A stretch of DNA of 64,000 bases from an uncultured delta proteobacterium (GTDB taxonomy: Bacteria > Desulfobacterota > Binatia > UBA9968). Of this stretch, positions 38,373 to 48,011 are shown piece by piece. The stretch's first letter is position 1. Every line of letters starts with the position of its first letter. Made by a program: the position numbers and the translations under genes. The stretch spans positions 1-64,000 of the forward strand of contig CAVSHR010000004.1 in the NCBI GenBank assembly GCA_963727625.1, in the 5' to 3' direction. A model generated the notes under the pieces. That model saw only the letters and a program-made list of their open reading frames with translations, was not told the origin of the DNA and searched no databases.

Positions 38373-39626
38373 TCACGACCTGTAGCGCCACAGTTGCGGG
38401 ATGGCGAAACAGATGCCGAAAATCATCAGGAAACACAAAACACTTCCGATTAGGAGGGTGTTTGGGGCTCCCAAATACTCGGCGGCGATGCCGGCGAGCA
38501 AGGCACCGAGTCCGTTGGTGGTTTGCGCAAATACCGTGATTAAGCTCGCCGCTCGTCCGAGCATGCCGTCGGGCGCAAGCAGCTGTACGACGGTGCGCCG
38601 GATAGCCACGCTGATCGAATCGGCGAAACCCAAGATCATGACTGCTATGATGGCCATCCAGAACCATTGGGAGGCACCCAACAGAGCCAGGGAGGCGGCG
38701 AAAAACAGTGCCGCGATGATAACCAGGACTCCCTTGCGTTTGACATCGCCGGCCATGAGCAACACGACCGTGCCGATTATCGAGCCCGCCGAGGGCGCGG
38801 CGTAAAGCAAGCCAAGTCCCGATGCGCCCATCTTAAAAACATCGGCGGCAAAAATCGGCAGGATCGGCCGATAGAAACCGACTAGAACGACGGCAAAATC
38901 GAGCAAAAAAAGCGAAAGGATAATCCGCTGAATCCAGATAAATTCGATACCCTCGACGATGCTTTTTAAATTGACCCGTCTGCGCTGGCCGATGATCTCG
39001 CCCGAAGTGCGCACTGACAAGATCGCGATGGCCGCGGGTACGAAGAGCAACGTGCTGGCGAAATAGGCCGTTGCCAGCCCGCCGCGATCAATCAAAAAGC
39101 CGCCGATGGCGGGTCCGACGAGAAAGCTTGTTTGGAGGATCATGGTGTTGACCACCATGGCATTCATCAACAAATGTTGCGGTACCAGGCGTGGAATCAA
39201 CGCCGCCCGCGCCGGCCAATTGAAAACTTCGACGAATGCACTGACAAGACCGAGCGTGTAGATATGCCAAACCTGGGCGACGCCGGCGAGCGTTAAAATG
39301 CCCAACGTTAGGTTCGGCAGGATCTGTAGCGAGATCGTCGCGATCAGGAGCTTTTTCCTATTGAAGGCGTCGGCTACCGCGCCGGCGAACAGGCCGAAGA
39401 TGATAAACGGCAGGGTCTCCAAGAATCCCGTCAGGCCGAGCTTAAAAGCGGAACCGGAGATATCGTAAACTTGATAAAGCGTCGAGACGTTGCGAATCTG
39501 ACCGGCAAGGGAGCTCAAGACGCTGGCGACCCAAAGCAGCCGATAGTCGCGAATCAACAGAGACGACCAGGGGCGGACCGGCGCGTCCCGAGTCGCGCCG
39601 GAATTTATTTCTTCGGAGTTAGCCAA
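38373..39626 (-). CDS. MFS transporter (EntS/MFS_3-like)
   Basis: RDYRLLW, GAVADAFNRKKLL, PARAALIPRLVP, GPAIGG. Confidence 0.88.
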   Translation of the reverse strand: MANSEEINSGATRDAPVRPWSSLLIRDYRLLWVASVLSSLAGQIRNVSTLYQVYDISGSAFKLGLTGFLETLPFIIFGLFAGAVADAFNRKKLLIATISLQILPNLTLGILTLAGVAQVWHIYTLGLVSAFVEVFNWPARAALIPRLVPQHLLMNAMVVNTMILQTSFLVGPAIGGFLIDRGGLATAYFASTLLFVPAAIAILSVRTSGEIIGQRRRVNLKSIVEGIEFIWIQRIILSLFLLDFAVVLVGFYRPILPIFAADVFKMGASGLGLLYAAPSAGSIIGTVVLLMAGDVKRKGVLVIIAALFFAASLALLGASQWFWMAIIAVMILGFADSISVAIRRTVVQLLAPDGMLGRAASLITVFAQTTNGLGALLAGIAAEYLGAPNTLLIGSVLCFLMIFGICFAIPQLWRYRS

Positions 39627-39741
39627 AGAGTTAAATCGAGACGGAGTGAGATTTGTGCAGCAATAAAGATTTGCGCAAAAGTTTAATTCGGAAATGGCGC
39701 GGGAGACGGCTGTTTTTCATCCGCCTCCCGCGGTCGGAATT

Positions 39742-40032
39742 TTACCGGTTGGCTGCCTGGTGTTTGTCCTCCAGGACGCCGCGTTGCTCGGCCTGGGCCA
39801 GCACGGCTTCGATGGTTTGAACCAACTTGCGCGCTGCTTCGACGCTCAACTCGACCGCCACCCGGGCGCCGGGTCCGGCGCTTTCGTTGACGAAATCGAT
39901 GTTGAGCGCGTGTTCGAGCGGCAGGTCATAAGGGTGATCGTAGGACACGTTGGCCTCGCGCACCTCGAACCAGTCCTGGCCGCTTTTGCCGCGCCCTTGA
40001 ATCTTCGCTTGATGAGCAATCATCGTGCACAT
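39742..40032 (-). CDS. Conserved hypothetical protein (DUF6295-like)
   Basis: MCTMI...YDHP..LEHALNIDF...GARVAVELS motif; downstream of the DLH gene. Confidence 0.7.
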   Translation of the reverse strand: MCTMIAHQAKIQGRGKSGQDWFEVREANVSYDHPYDLPLEHALNIDFVNESAGPGARVAVELSVEAARKLVQTIEAVLAQAEQRGVLEDKHQAANR

Positions 40033-40058
40033 GGTTGTGCTCCTCTCCTGGTTGAAAA

Positions 40059-40814
40059 CTACTTGAGGGTCTTTTCGCAGAAAGCAAGCAACTTTTTCCA
40101 GCCGTCCACCGCCTGCTCCTGGCGGTAGGCCGCGCGGTCGTAATAAAAAAAGCCATGACCGGCGCCGTCGTAGCGGTGAAATTCATAGTTCTTGCCATGC
40201 TTCTTCAGTTCGGCTTCGTGGAGATTGACCTGTTCCGGCGACGGCGATTTGTCGTCGTTACCGAAGATGCCGATCATCGGGCAGGAGAGATCTTTGGTGT
40301 AATCGATGGGCGCTACCGGTTGCTTGGGCGTGAGCTCTTCCTTCGAGGGGGCTACGCGTCCGCCCCAACATTCGACCAACGCAGAGAAACCCTTCAGCCG
40401 GCAAGCGGCGAGAAAGCCGTGGCGCCCGCCGGAGCAGGTGCCGAACACGCCGACTTTACCGCTTACGTAGGGGAGCGAATGAAGCAGCTTGCCGGCGCCA
40501 TCGAGATCGCCGAGCACCTGCTCGTCGGGCACGCCGCCGCCGGCGCGCACTTTGGCGCCGACGTCTTCCGCCGTCCCGTGGCCGTCGCGGAAATAGAGAT
40601 TTGGCGAGATCGCCACATAGCCATGGTGGGCAAATTTACGCGTGCATTCGCGATACCACTCGTCCCAACCGGGCGCGTGATGGATGACCACCATGCCCGG
40701 AAACGGGCCGGCGCCGAGCGGCCGCGCGACGTACGCGTTTATCGTGTCGCCTTTATGCCCCTGCATGGCGATGGTTTCAGCGATCATCCCTTCATATTGA
40801 TCAGTTTTATACAT
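40059..40814 (-). CDS. Dienelactone hydrolase family protein
   Basis: G-T-C-S-G-G nucleophile, GNDD, YDGAGHGF. Confidence 0.92.
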   Translation of the reverse strand: MYKTDQYEGMIAETIAMQGHKGDTINAYVARPLGAGPFPGMVVIHHAPGWDEWYRECTRKFAHHGYVAISPNLYFRDGHGTAEDVGAKVRAGGGVPDEQVLGDLDGAGKLLHSLPYVSGKVGVFGTCSGGRHGFLAACRLKGFSALVECWGGRVAPSKEELTPKQPVAPIDYTKDLSCPMIGIFGNDDKSPSPEQVNLHEAELKKHGKNYEFHRYDGAGHGFFYYDRAAYRQEQAVDGWKKLLAFCEKTLK

Positions 40815-41165
40815 CGGTGATTCCTCCTTCAGTTAGATAGTAAGATTTGGATTAGCCCTGTTTATACAAAAGCCAAATAAGGTGCAACCACAGAGTGTTT
40901 GCCGGGGTAATGAGGGGCGGGGCTGGCCCCGACTTTTGGACTTGCGTGAAAAGGGGCAATTGAGGTAAGCTTCCAGCAACTCATCAGTATGGGACCTTCT
41001 GATAGAGATGAAGAGTAGAGTTGAAGGTCTGAGGCGTCTTACCTTGTGATTCGGTGCCACGCGGACTATCCGACCAGAGCGTGTCTTACATTCCATGTTC
41101 TGCTTCCAGCGGTAATCAGGTTCTCAGGGAAAAGACCATAACGATTCTCAAGATAAGGAGAGCAC

Positions 41166-41495
41166 ATGAGCAGTAAAATTTACGTCGGCGGACTCCCCTA
41201 TGCGACCACCGACGCGCAGTTACAGGAAATCTTTTCGGCGCACGGGCAGGTTGAATCGGCCCGCGTGATTACCGATAAGTTCACGGGTCGTTCCCGCGGC
41301 TTCGGATTCGTCGAGATGGCGAATGACGATGAGGCCCAGAAAGCGATCCAGGCTCTCAATGGCACAGACCTCGATGGCCGGAATCTGACAGTGAACGAAG
41401 CCCGCCCGCAGGAAAGACGTTCGGGCGGCGGTTTCGGTGATCGGGGCGGCGAGAGACGCGGTGGTGGCGGCGGCGGCGGACGTAACCGCTGGTAG
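41166..41495 (+). CDS. RRM RNA-binding protein with Gly-rich tail
   Basis: RNP2 IYVGGL, RNP1 RGFGFVEM, NEARP. Confidence 0.95.
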   Translation: MSSKIYVGGLPYATTDAQLQEIFSAHGQVESARVITDKFTGRSRGFGFVEMANDDEAQKAIQALNGTDLDGRNLTVNEARPQERRSGGGFGDRGGERRGGGGGGGRNRW

Positions 41496-41521
41496 TAACG
41501 ATCAAAGCTTCATAGTCCGAG

Positions 41522-41552
41522 AAGGGGCGCTAGGTCGGGGCGCCCCTTTTTA
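41522..41552 (+). terminator. Intrinsic terminator
   Basis: AAGGGGCGC-TAGGTCGGG-GCGCCCCTTTTT. Confidence 0.7.
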
Positions 41553-41585
41553 GTACCAACTCTTTCACTTTGTGGAATCTCGCCT

Positions 41586-42134
41586 ATGGAAAGGCTTGCC
41601 GTCGATCAGTTGCCCCTGGTGGATTTGCACGGTAAGCCGGTCGAACTGAGCGAACATTTTGAAAAATATCTTCTGCTGATTTTTTTGCGGCATCTCGCTT
41701 GAATGCCTTGCCAGGCCCACCTCGGCGAGGTGCAATCTGCCAAAGGGGAATTCGACCGGCGCAACGTGGCGATCGTCATCGTGTCATTTGCCGAGCCAGC
41801 CAAGCTGATTCATTATCACAAACAGCACCGCTGGCCGTTCACCATTCTCGCCGATCCGAAGCGGATGGCTTATCGGGCCTTTACCCTCAAGCGCCTGTCA
41901 TGGCTCCGGGTATTTTCACCGGCGACGTTGAAACTTTATTGGACCTTGAGACGCAAAGGCATGAAGCAAGACGCCTACGCCGGCGACGACATTTATCAAG
42001 CTGGCGGTGATTTCCTCCTCGACCGCGAGGGAAATATCCTCTACGCCCATCGAAGCCAAGATCCAGCCGATCGGCCGGCGGTAAAAAGCTTGCTGCGGGA
42101 AATTGACAAGCTGGGGTCGCAGCCGGTGCCTTAA
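41586..42134 (+). CDS. AhpC/TSA (peroxiredoxin-like, SelL-related) selenoprotein with UGA-encoded Sec
   Basis: ATG 41586 ...LLLIFLRHLA-TGA(41700)-MPCQAH continues in frame into ORF 41703-42134, giving a UxxC redox motif. SECIS-like hairpin CACCTC-GGC-GAGGTG at 41718-41732. Confidence 0.85.
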
Positions 42135-42371
42135 CTGCGTCATGGATCCATCTGAAAAATCTTCAGCGATGCATGGAATCATGAAACAACGTGAAACCTA
42201 CTTTAGAGCGGGGTCAACTAACCCCACAGCGGTCTGCGCGTCGAGTAGGTAGGCGGCGTTCAAGACCCCACGGAGCTGCCCGTCGAGGCGTCGCGGCAAT
42301 CGATGATTGCAGCAATTCGACAGAACATGTTATTTATTGCATAACAAAAACTTAGGGGGAGGTGGGTAGTT

Positions 42372-42551
42372 ATGTCAAAGATAAACTTGCTAGTTGCTAT
42401 CGTGCTCTTGGGAGTGACTCTTGCAGCCTGCCAAAAAAAAGAGGGTCCCGGAGAGAAGGCGGGCAAAGAAATCGACAAAGCTGCTAAAGATGTCGGTGAA
42501 TCGGTGGAAAAGGCGGTGGATTCCGTTAAAGATGCGACCGAGTCGAAGTAA
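42372..42551 (+). CDS. Small lipoprotein (59 aa)
   Basis: MSKINLLVAIVLLGVTLAACQKKEGPGEKAGKEIDKAA... with lipobox LAAC and GGAGG RBS; not in the ORF track. Confidence 0.8.
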   Translation: MSKINLLVAIVLLGVTLAACQKKEGPGEKAGKEIDKAAKDVGESVEKAVDSVKDATESK

Positions 42552-42624
42552 GGCCATTTTAACACTCTCGATCGTAGGACGATTTTAAAGGCTCGCCGGC
42601 AAACCAAACCCTCTTGAGGAACAT

Positions 42625-43593
42625 TTGACAAAACCAAAACTGACAATTGCAATTTCACACTACGACCGGCATGTGCCGTTCTTCGACGGTACCGTGGAGG
42701 CCGAGGGTATCGACTTGAATGTCTTGATCGTCGGCCAGTCGGACCGGCAGAGAGACGGCGAGGATCGCCACGAGCGCATGCTGCAGAAAGGCGATTTCGA
42801 CATCGCCGAGCTTTCGCTGTCGTCCTACCTGATGGCCAAGACTCGCGCCATGCCTTTCACAGCGATCCCGGTCTTTCCGCGCCGGCTGTTCAGCCATTCG
42901 CAGATGTGGGTCAACGTCGACGCAAACATCAACGAGCCCAAAGATCTCGTCGGCAAGAAAGTAGGGCTGCATAGCTTTCAAAATACTTTGGCGACGCTGG
43001 CGAAGGGAGACTTGCAAAGCGAGTTCGATGTGCCCTGGCGCAAGATTCATTGGCTGCTCAGCAAGAAAGACAATATCGAGTTCGAACCCGAGAAGGGCGT
43101 GACGATCGATCAGCTATCGGCGTCCGCGAACGTCGGTGAAATGTTGGATAAAGGCGAAATAAACGCAATGATGACGCCGCACCCGCCGAAGCCCGTGCTG
43201 CGCGGTTCGAAGAAAATCAAGCGCCTTTTCACCGATCCGAAAGCCGAAGATCTGCGCTACTACAAAAAGAACGGTTTCTTCCCCATCATGCACGTGGTCG
43301 CCTTCAAAGACGATGTCCTAAAAAAATACCCCGAAGCCGCCCAGAGTTTGTTTAACGCCTTCAGCGAAGCGAAGCGAATCTGCCGAGAGTTTTATGCCGA
43401 CCCCAATTGGTCGTGGCTTGCTTGGGGACGCCAGGCTTTCGAGGAAGAAGAAAAACTCCTCGGCCCCGACCCTTGGCCGTACGGGTTGGAAAACAATCGC
43501 GCGAACCTGGAGCGATTCGTCGGCTATTCTTTGGACCAACGGTTGATGGCGAAGAAGATGGCGGTGGAAGATTTATTTTTGCCGCTTAATTGA
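42625..43593 (+). CDS. 4,5-dihydroxyphthalate decarboxylase-like protein (PBP2 fold)
   Basis: YDR, FDIAELSLSSY, AIPVFPRRLF.HS, FPIMHVV, DPWPYG motifs. TTG start after GAGG. Confidence 0.8.
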   Translation: MTKPKLTIAISHYDRHVPFFDGTVEAEGIDLNVLIVGQSDRQRDGEDRHERMLQKGDFDIAELSLSSYLMAKTRAMPFTAIPVFPRRLFSHSQMWVNVDANINEPKDLVGKKVGLHSFQNTLATLAKGDLQSEFDVPWRKIHWLLSKKDNIEFEPEKGVTIDQLSASANVGEMLDKGEINAMMTPHPPKPVLRGSKKIKRLFTDPKAEDLRYYKKNGFFPIMHVVAFKDDVLKKYPEAAQSLFNAFSEAKRICREFYADPNWSWLAWGRQAFEEEEKLLGPDPWPYGLENNRANLERFVGYSLDQRLMAKKMAVEDLFLPLN

Positions 43594-43669
43594 TGACGGA
43601 AGTACGGATATTGGTGAGCGGCTTTGCCGGTCTTGACCCAATGGTTAGGAACCCTACGGGGAATTGGAC

Positions 43670-44092
43670 TTATCCCCATTTGTCTTGCCAATCGCAAAGG
43701 GTCTTGAGCGCTCGTTCTTTGGTAGGGGTGACCGTGCTGACTGCTGCTCCGTAGCGGTCGACGTTGATGCGGAAGTCAGGCTTTTTGAGGGTGGCCCAAC
43801 TGTCGCGGATGATGTCGCGAAAGTCGGTGTTGGTTTCCGCCTTGCTGATCGTGAGCGAACGCTTCACCTGGAGACTAAGGCGAGCGGGGTTCTTTGCGGC
43901 GTCTTCAAAGTCGACGATTACGTCATCGAGCGGTTCGCCGAAGTCGCGCTGCTGAACGGAAACACGGACAACAGTTCGATCATCAATGCCGGGTGCATAT
44001 GCCTCGGCTAGCAGAGCTGCGAGATAGAACGCAGCCGCTTCGCCCTCGAAGGTAAAACCCTCGCCTCCGGCGAGTTCAGGTGATTGCGGCAT
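43670..44092 (-). pseudogene. Truncated N-terminal PD-(D/E)xK nuclease domain of a large defence-type ATPase
   Basis: SPELAGGEGFTFE...LDDVIV...LSLQVK...DFRDII motif. The ORF ends abruptly at a REP-like sequence. Confidence 0.6.
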
Positions 44093-44371
44093 CGCTAGTC
44101 TGTAAAACTCGTGGATCAGTCATGAGTCGAGGAACCGAATTGGCGGCTGCAGACACTGGCTGCTTGGCATGGTCGTGTCTATGTTTCGTTTGCCTGCCCA
44201 ACTATTGATTATCCGAATTAGTATATCACCCCCTTCCAAGTATCAGCCTAGAGCCATATTGTCTTTCTTGATCAAGAAGCTGTCAATCAATTCTCGCGTG
44301 TCGGATTTTTTAATATACCTGGTCAGTAAATTTCCAATATAGTTGCAATACTCTCCCGATACGGCTGACAA

Positions 44372-46708
44372 TTACAGCTTGAAAACTCGGCATTTCGTTC
44401 CCCGGTGCGCGACCGACGCGCTGATGGCATCGTTGTCAATGTTCGGGATCAAGAGGTTTGTGTTTGCGCCGTCGGGACTGAACGGGGCGTGGCCGGAGAG
44501 TTGCAGCTCCTGACAAGATTGCCACCAACCGTATACCGTTGCGACCACATTTGGATGCAGGTTGTCGTTGAATTTAGCTTTGAGTTTTACTCTTCCACGC
44601 GTGGTTTCAAGGAATAGCCAATCGCCGTCCTTGATGCCTTGAGTGTGTGCTGTTTCAGTATGGATTTCGAGGAAAGGATCCGGGGCGCTGCGGCGCAGCC
44701 GGGAGATGTTGCGGTGCTGTTCGTCGCAGAATTGTATCAGGCGGAAGAAGGTGAGAGTGAGAGGATAGTCGTCTGATTCCACGGTGCTTTGTTGGAAGTC
44801 CGGCAGCGGCGCGTAACCTGTTTCCGCGAATGTTGTCGAATAGATTTCGATCTTGCCGGTCGGTGTATTGAAGCCTTGGGCTTGGCGGCTTTCGGGATCG
44901 ATGTCGGCGTACTTCCGGTAGCGAGAATTTGTCCTTGCGCGAATACCAATCGGGTTGGCGCGCAACTGTTCGGCTGTCAGTCCCGAAGGTGCTAGTTGAT
45001 AATCCAGCGCGGCGTCGATATCGCCGTCGAAAAAATTCGATCCTAAATCCAACCGTTTTGCCAAGTCGAATATAATCTCCGTATCAGGCCGGGATTCGCC
45101 GCGCGGCGTGATGACCGCGGGGCGGAGTTGGACCCAGTTCATCGTATCGTCGGCAATTTCAAAGAACGGCATCAAAGCTTCGCGCTCCCAACAGGTAGAA
45201 GCCGGCAGCAAGAGGTCGGCAAACATGGCGCTTGGGTTGATGGTCGTGTCCACGTGCAGGTAGAAATCCAGGGCTTCGAGAGCGGCTTTGCCGCGCAGCG
45301 GGTCGCCATGGCCGAGCAGGGGATCGGTGCCGAACAACACCAGCGCTTTCACCGGGTAGGGACGCTCGGTGAGAATGGCGTCGTAGACTTCCGCTGCTTG
45401 GACGAGTCCCGGATCGGATTGCGGACCAATCGGATGCTTCTCGGTGCCGAGACGTAATGGCACCATCGCTTTTGGCAAAAGCTCGCGACCGGTGATTGGA
45501 TCCATCTTCGGCGTGTCGAAAAGCACGTTACTACCGCGCTGGTCGAATTGTCCCGTAAGAGCATAAAAGCAACAGACCGCGCGGTTGGTTTGCGCCGCGT
45601 CGCGGTCTTGTTCGAGGCCGACCCAGGTGCAGTAGCAGGACGGTTTTTGGGTCGCGAACAAGCGAGCTGCCTTACGCACTTCTGCCGCGGCAACGGTGGT
45701 GATGCCTTCCGAGTGCTCCGGCGCGAATTCGAAGGCCGTTTCTTTTAATAATTGAAGCGCCGGGCGACATTCGATCGTCTCGCCGCCAACCAATCGAATG
45801 GTATATGACCCGAAGAGCGCTGGTGAAATTGGTTCGGCGCAATGGCTCGTGGCTGCCTTGCTTTGTTCATCCCAAACTATCCAGGTGTCTTTGCTACCGC
45901 TGGCTCGTAATTCGGATTCCGACAGCAATCGGCCGCTGTCGGTGCGAACTAAATACGGAGCATTGGTCCGTTGGCGCACGAATTCTGTATCGAAAAGATC
46001 CTCGTCGATGAGCACGTGGATCATCGCCATCGCCAGCTCGCCGTCGGTGCCGGGTTTGACCTGCAGCCAGCAATCAGCTTTTTCCGCCAGCGTCGTTTTG
46101 CGCGGATCGATGACGATCAGCTTGGCGCCGCGGCTTCTCGCCCGATTGATCCGTAGCGCTTGGGCCGGCGACGTGGCGGTCGGATTGATGCCCCAGAGCA
46201 ACATGCACTGAGTGTTGTCGAAGTCCGGCAGCGGCATCCCCGTGCCGTAGGTGTATTTGGAGCCGACGCGGCGGTTCCACGTACAAATGTGATTTGACGT
46301 CAAAAGATTCGGACTGCCGAAGGCGTTGGCCAAGCGCTGCAACCAGCCGTCGAAGTCGATGGCGGCGGTGCCGGCCGTAGTCGCGCGTGAAAAGACCACG
46401 GCCTGCGGGCCGTAATTGTTATTGATATCGCCCAGCCGGAGCGCGGCGAGATTTAGTGCTTGTTCCCAGGTAACGCGCACCCATCCGGGATCGGGATCAC
46501 CCTTGGGGCGCGTGCGAACCATCGGGTAAAGCAGACGATCGGGCGAATAGACGATTTCCGGAGCAGCAGTCCCTTTTACGCAAACGCATCCGTTGGGATG
46601 ATCGGGGTCCGCGTTGACGGCGACGAGCTTGCCATTATCAACCGTCGCCAAGACACCGCAGCGCGACGTGCACATGGCACAGTAGGCGTGAATTGTTTCA
46701 GTCGCGAT
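44372..46708 (-). CDS. Mo/W-bisPGD oxidoreductase (DMSO reductase superfamily) with N-terminal [4Fe-4S] motif
   Basis: C-A-M-C-T-S-R-C...CVKG, DRLLYP, LWGINP, VIDPR, ADLLLP, C-terminal binding domain. The first Cys lies upstream of the tracked ATG; probable ATC start at 46708. Confidence 0.9.
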   Translation of the reverse strand: MATETIHAYCAMCTSRCGVLATVDNGKLVAVNADPDHPNGCVCVKGTAAPEIVYSPDRLLYPMVRTRPKGDPDPGWVRVTWEQALNLAALRLGDINNNYGPQAVVFSRATTAGTAAIDFDGWLQRLANAFGSPNLLTSNHICTWNRRVGSKYTYGTGMPLPDFDNTQCMLLWGINPTATSPAQALRINRARSRGAKLIVIDPRKTTLAEKADCWLQVKPGTDGELAMAMIHVLIDEDLFDTEFVRQRTNAPYLVRTDSGRLLSESELRASGSKDTWIVWDEQSKAATSHCAEPISPALFGSYTIRLVGGETIECRPALQLLKETAFEFAPEHSEGITTVAAAEVRKAARLFATQKPSCYCTWVGLEQDRDAAQTNRAVCCFYALTGQFDQRGSNVLFDTPKMDPITGRELLPKAMVPLRLGTEKHPIGPQSDPGLVQAAEVYDAILTERPYPVKALVLFGTDPLLGHGDPLRGKAALEALDFYLHVDTTINPSAMFADLLLPASTCWEREALMPFFEIADDTMNWVQLRPAVITPRGESRPDTEIIFDLAKRLDLGSNFFDGDIDAALDYQLAPSGLTAEQLRANPIGIRARTNSRYRKYADIDPESRQAQGFNTPTGKIEIYSTTFAETGYAPLPDFQQSTVESDDYPLTLTFFRLIQFCDEQHRNISRLRRSAPDPFLEIHTETAHTQGIKDGDWLFLETTRGRVKLKAKFNDNLHPNVVATVYGWWQSCQELQLSGHAPFSPDGANTNLLIPNIDNDAISASVAHRGTKCRVFKL

Positions 46709-46797
46709 AAACAGGAACTCCTGATTGGAGGGGAGAAAGACGATTCATCACGCCCGTGGAAAAGACTAAAGTATCTACGGTAAAGATCGCAAAAAGC

Positions 46798-47781
46798 TCA
46801 GCGAAACAGTTCACGAAATGTCTTGTTCACCTCCACGGCTTTTTGCCCGAGGTCGATGTCCGTCATCAGCAGTTTGTGCTGTTTGAGAATCTTACCGTAT
46901 TTCGAGTCGACGTCGTCGCGGATCGGCACCCGGCCGTATTGGTTGATCACTTCCTGGCCCTCCTTGGAGAGCAGCCATTCGATGAACAGTTTGGCCGAGT
47001 TGGGATGGTTTGGCTGCGACGGGAGAGAGACGGCGACGGTGTAGGTGATCACCGGTTCGAGGCCGAACCAGTCCACGGGCGCGCCCTTGGATTTCATGGC
47101 TGCAACGGAATATTCGTAAACCCCGGCGGCAATCGGAAACTCCCCGGCCGCGAGCAGTTGCAAAACCAGCGTATTGCCTTCCCGCAGCGTGGGGTTCAGC
47201 GCGGCAAGCTTTTCCATGTACGGACGGCCCTTGAGCTTGAGCAGCATGGCGAACCACTCGATCTTGTTGGCATCGATGGCGATGGAGTCTTTCCAGCGTG
47301 GATTCAACAGCTCGTCGTAGGTCTTTGGAACATCCGCCCTTTTGACTTGCCGCGAGTTGTAGCCCAAGAGTGTCCCGCTGGCGTAAGCCGAGGTCCAAAA
47401 ACCTTCGGGGTCTTTGTACTGCGCGGGAAACGAAGCTGACTCCATCGGCGTGTAAGGGCTCAGCGCACCGCGCTTCTTCAGAATATCGGTCTCGATGACG
47501 CTGGTGTGGATAACGTCGGCGATGTGCTGTTTGGCCCGTTCCTCGAACAAAATTTTGCTGACCAGCTTTTGCTTGCCGGTGCGGAAGAATTCCGTTTTGA
47601 TAAACGGGTAGCGCTTGTTGAAGACGGCAAAGTACATCTGCAACTGCGGCGCGGTGGCCGAGGCGTAGACGACCAGTTTGCCTTCCTTCTTGGCGCCGGC
47701 GATCAGTTGCTCTTGAGTCTGGGCGCCGGCCAGGGACGCGATAAAAAGCAGAGTCAATAGTCCGACAAACGTTGTTTTCAT
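46798..47781 (-). CDS. Fe3+/thiamine-type ABC extracellular solute-binding protein
   Basis: Signal peptide, AKKEGKLVVY, PKTYDELLNPRWK, HPNSAKLFIEWLLSKEGQ. Confidence 0.88.
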   Translation of the reverse strand: MKTTFVGLLTLLFIASLAGAQTQEQLIAGAKKEGKLVVYASATAPQLQMYFAVFNKRYPFIKTEFFRTGKQKLVSKILFEERAKQHIADVIHTSVIETDILKKRGALSPYTPMESASFPAQYKDPEGFWTSAYASGTLLGYNSRQVKRADVPKTYDELLNPRWKDSIAIDANKIEWFAMLLKLKGRPYMEKLAALNPTLREGNTLVLQLLAAGEFPIAAGVYEYSVAAMKSKGAPVDWFGLEPVITYTVAVSLPSQPNHPNSAKLFIEWLLSKEGQEVINQYGRVPIRDDVDSKYGKILKQHKLLMTDIDLGQKAVEVNKTFRELFR

Positions 47782-48011
47782 CCATCCTCCGTTAGCCGCC
47801 AAGTTAATGGAGTCGGCGTCTCCCTGTCAATGGTGTCACGCGCGCTCAATATTACTCACTGCATTCGAAGTGACGAATAAGGAACTTACCGACGGTCTTT
47901 CCGAGCAAAGCAACAAGGTCACGGGGCCCGACAGTGCAGAGTCCGAGGCGCATCGACAAAGCCGATTTTTTCCATTAGGATTAAGAAAAATTTGCGAGGT
48001 CCCAATAAGTC

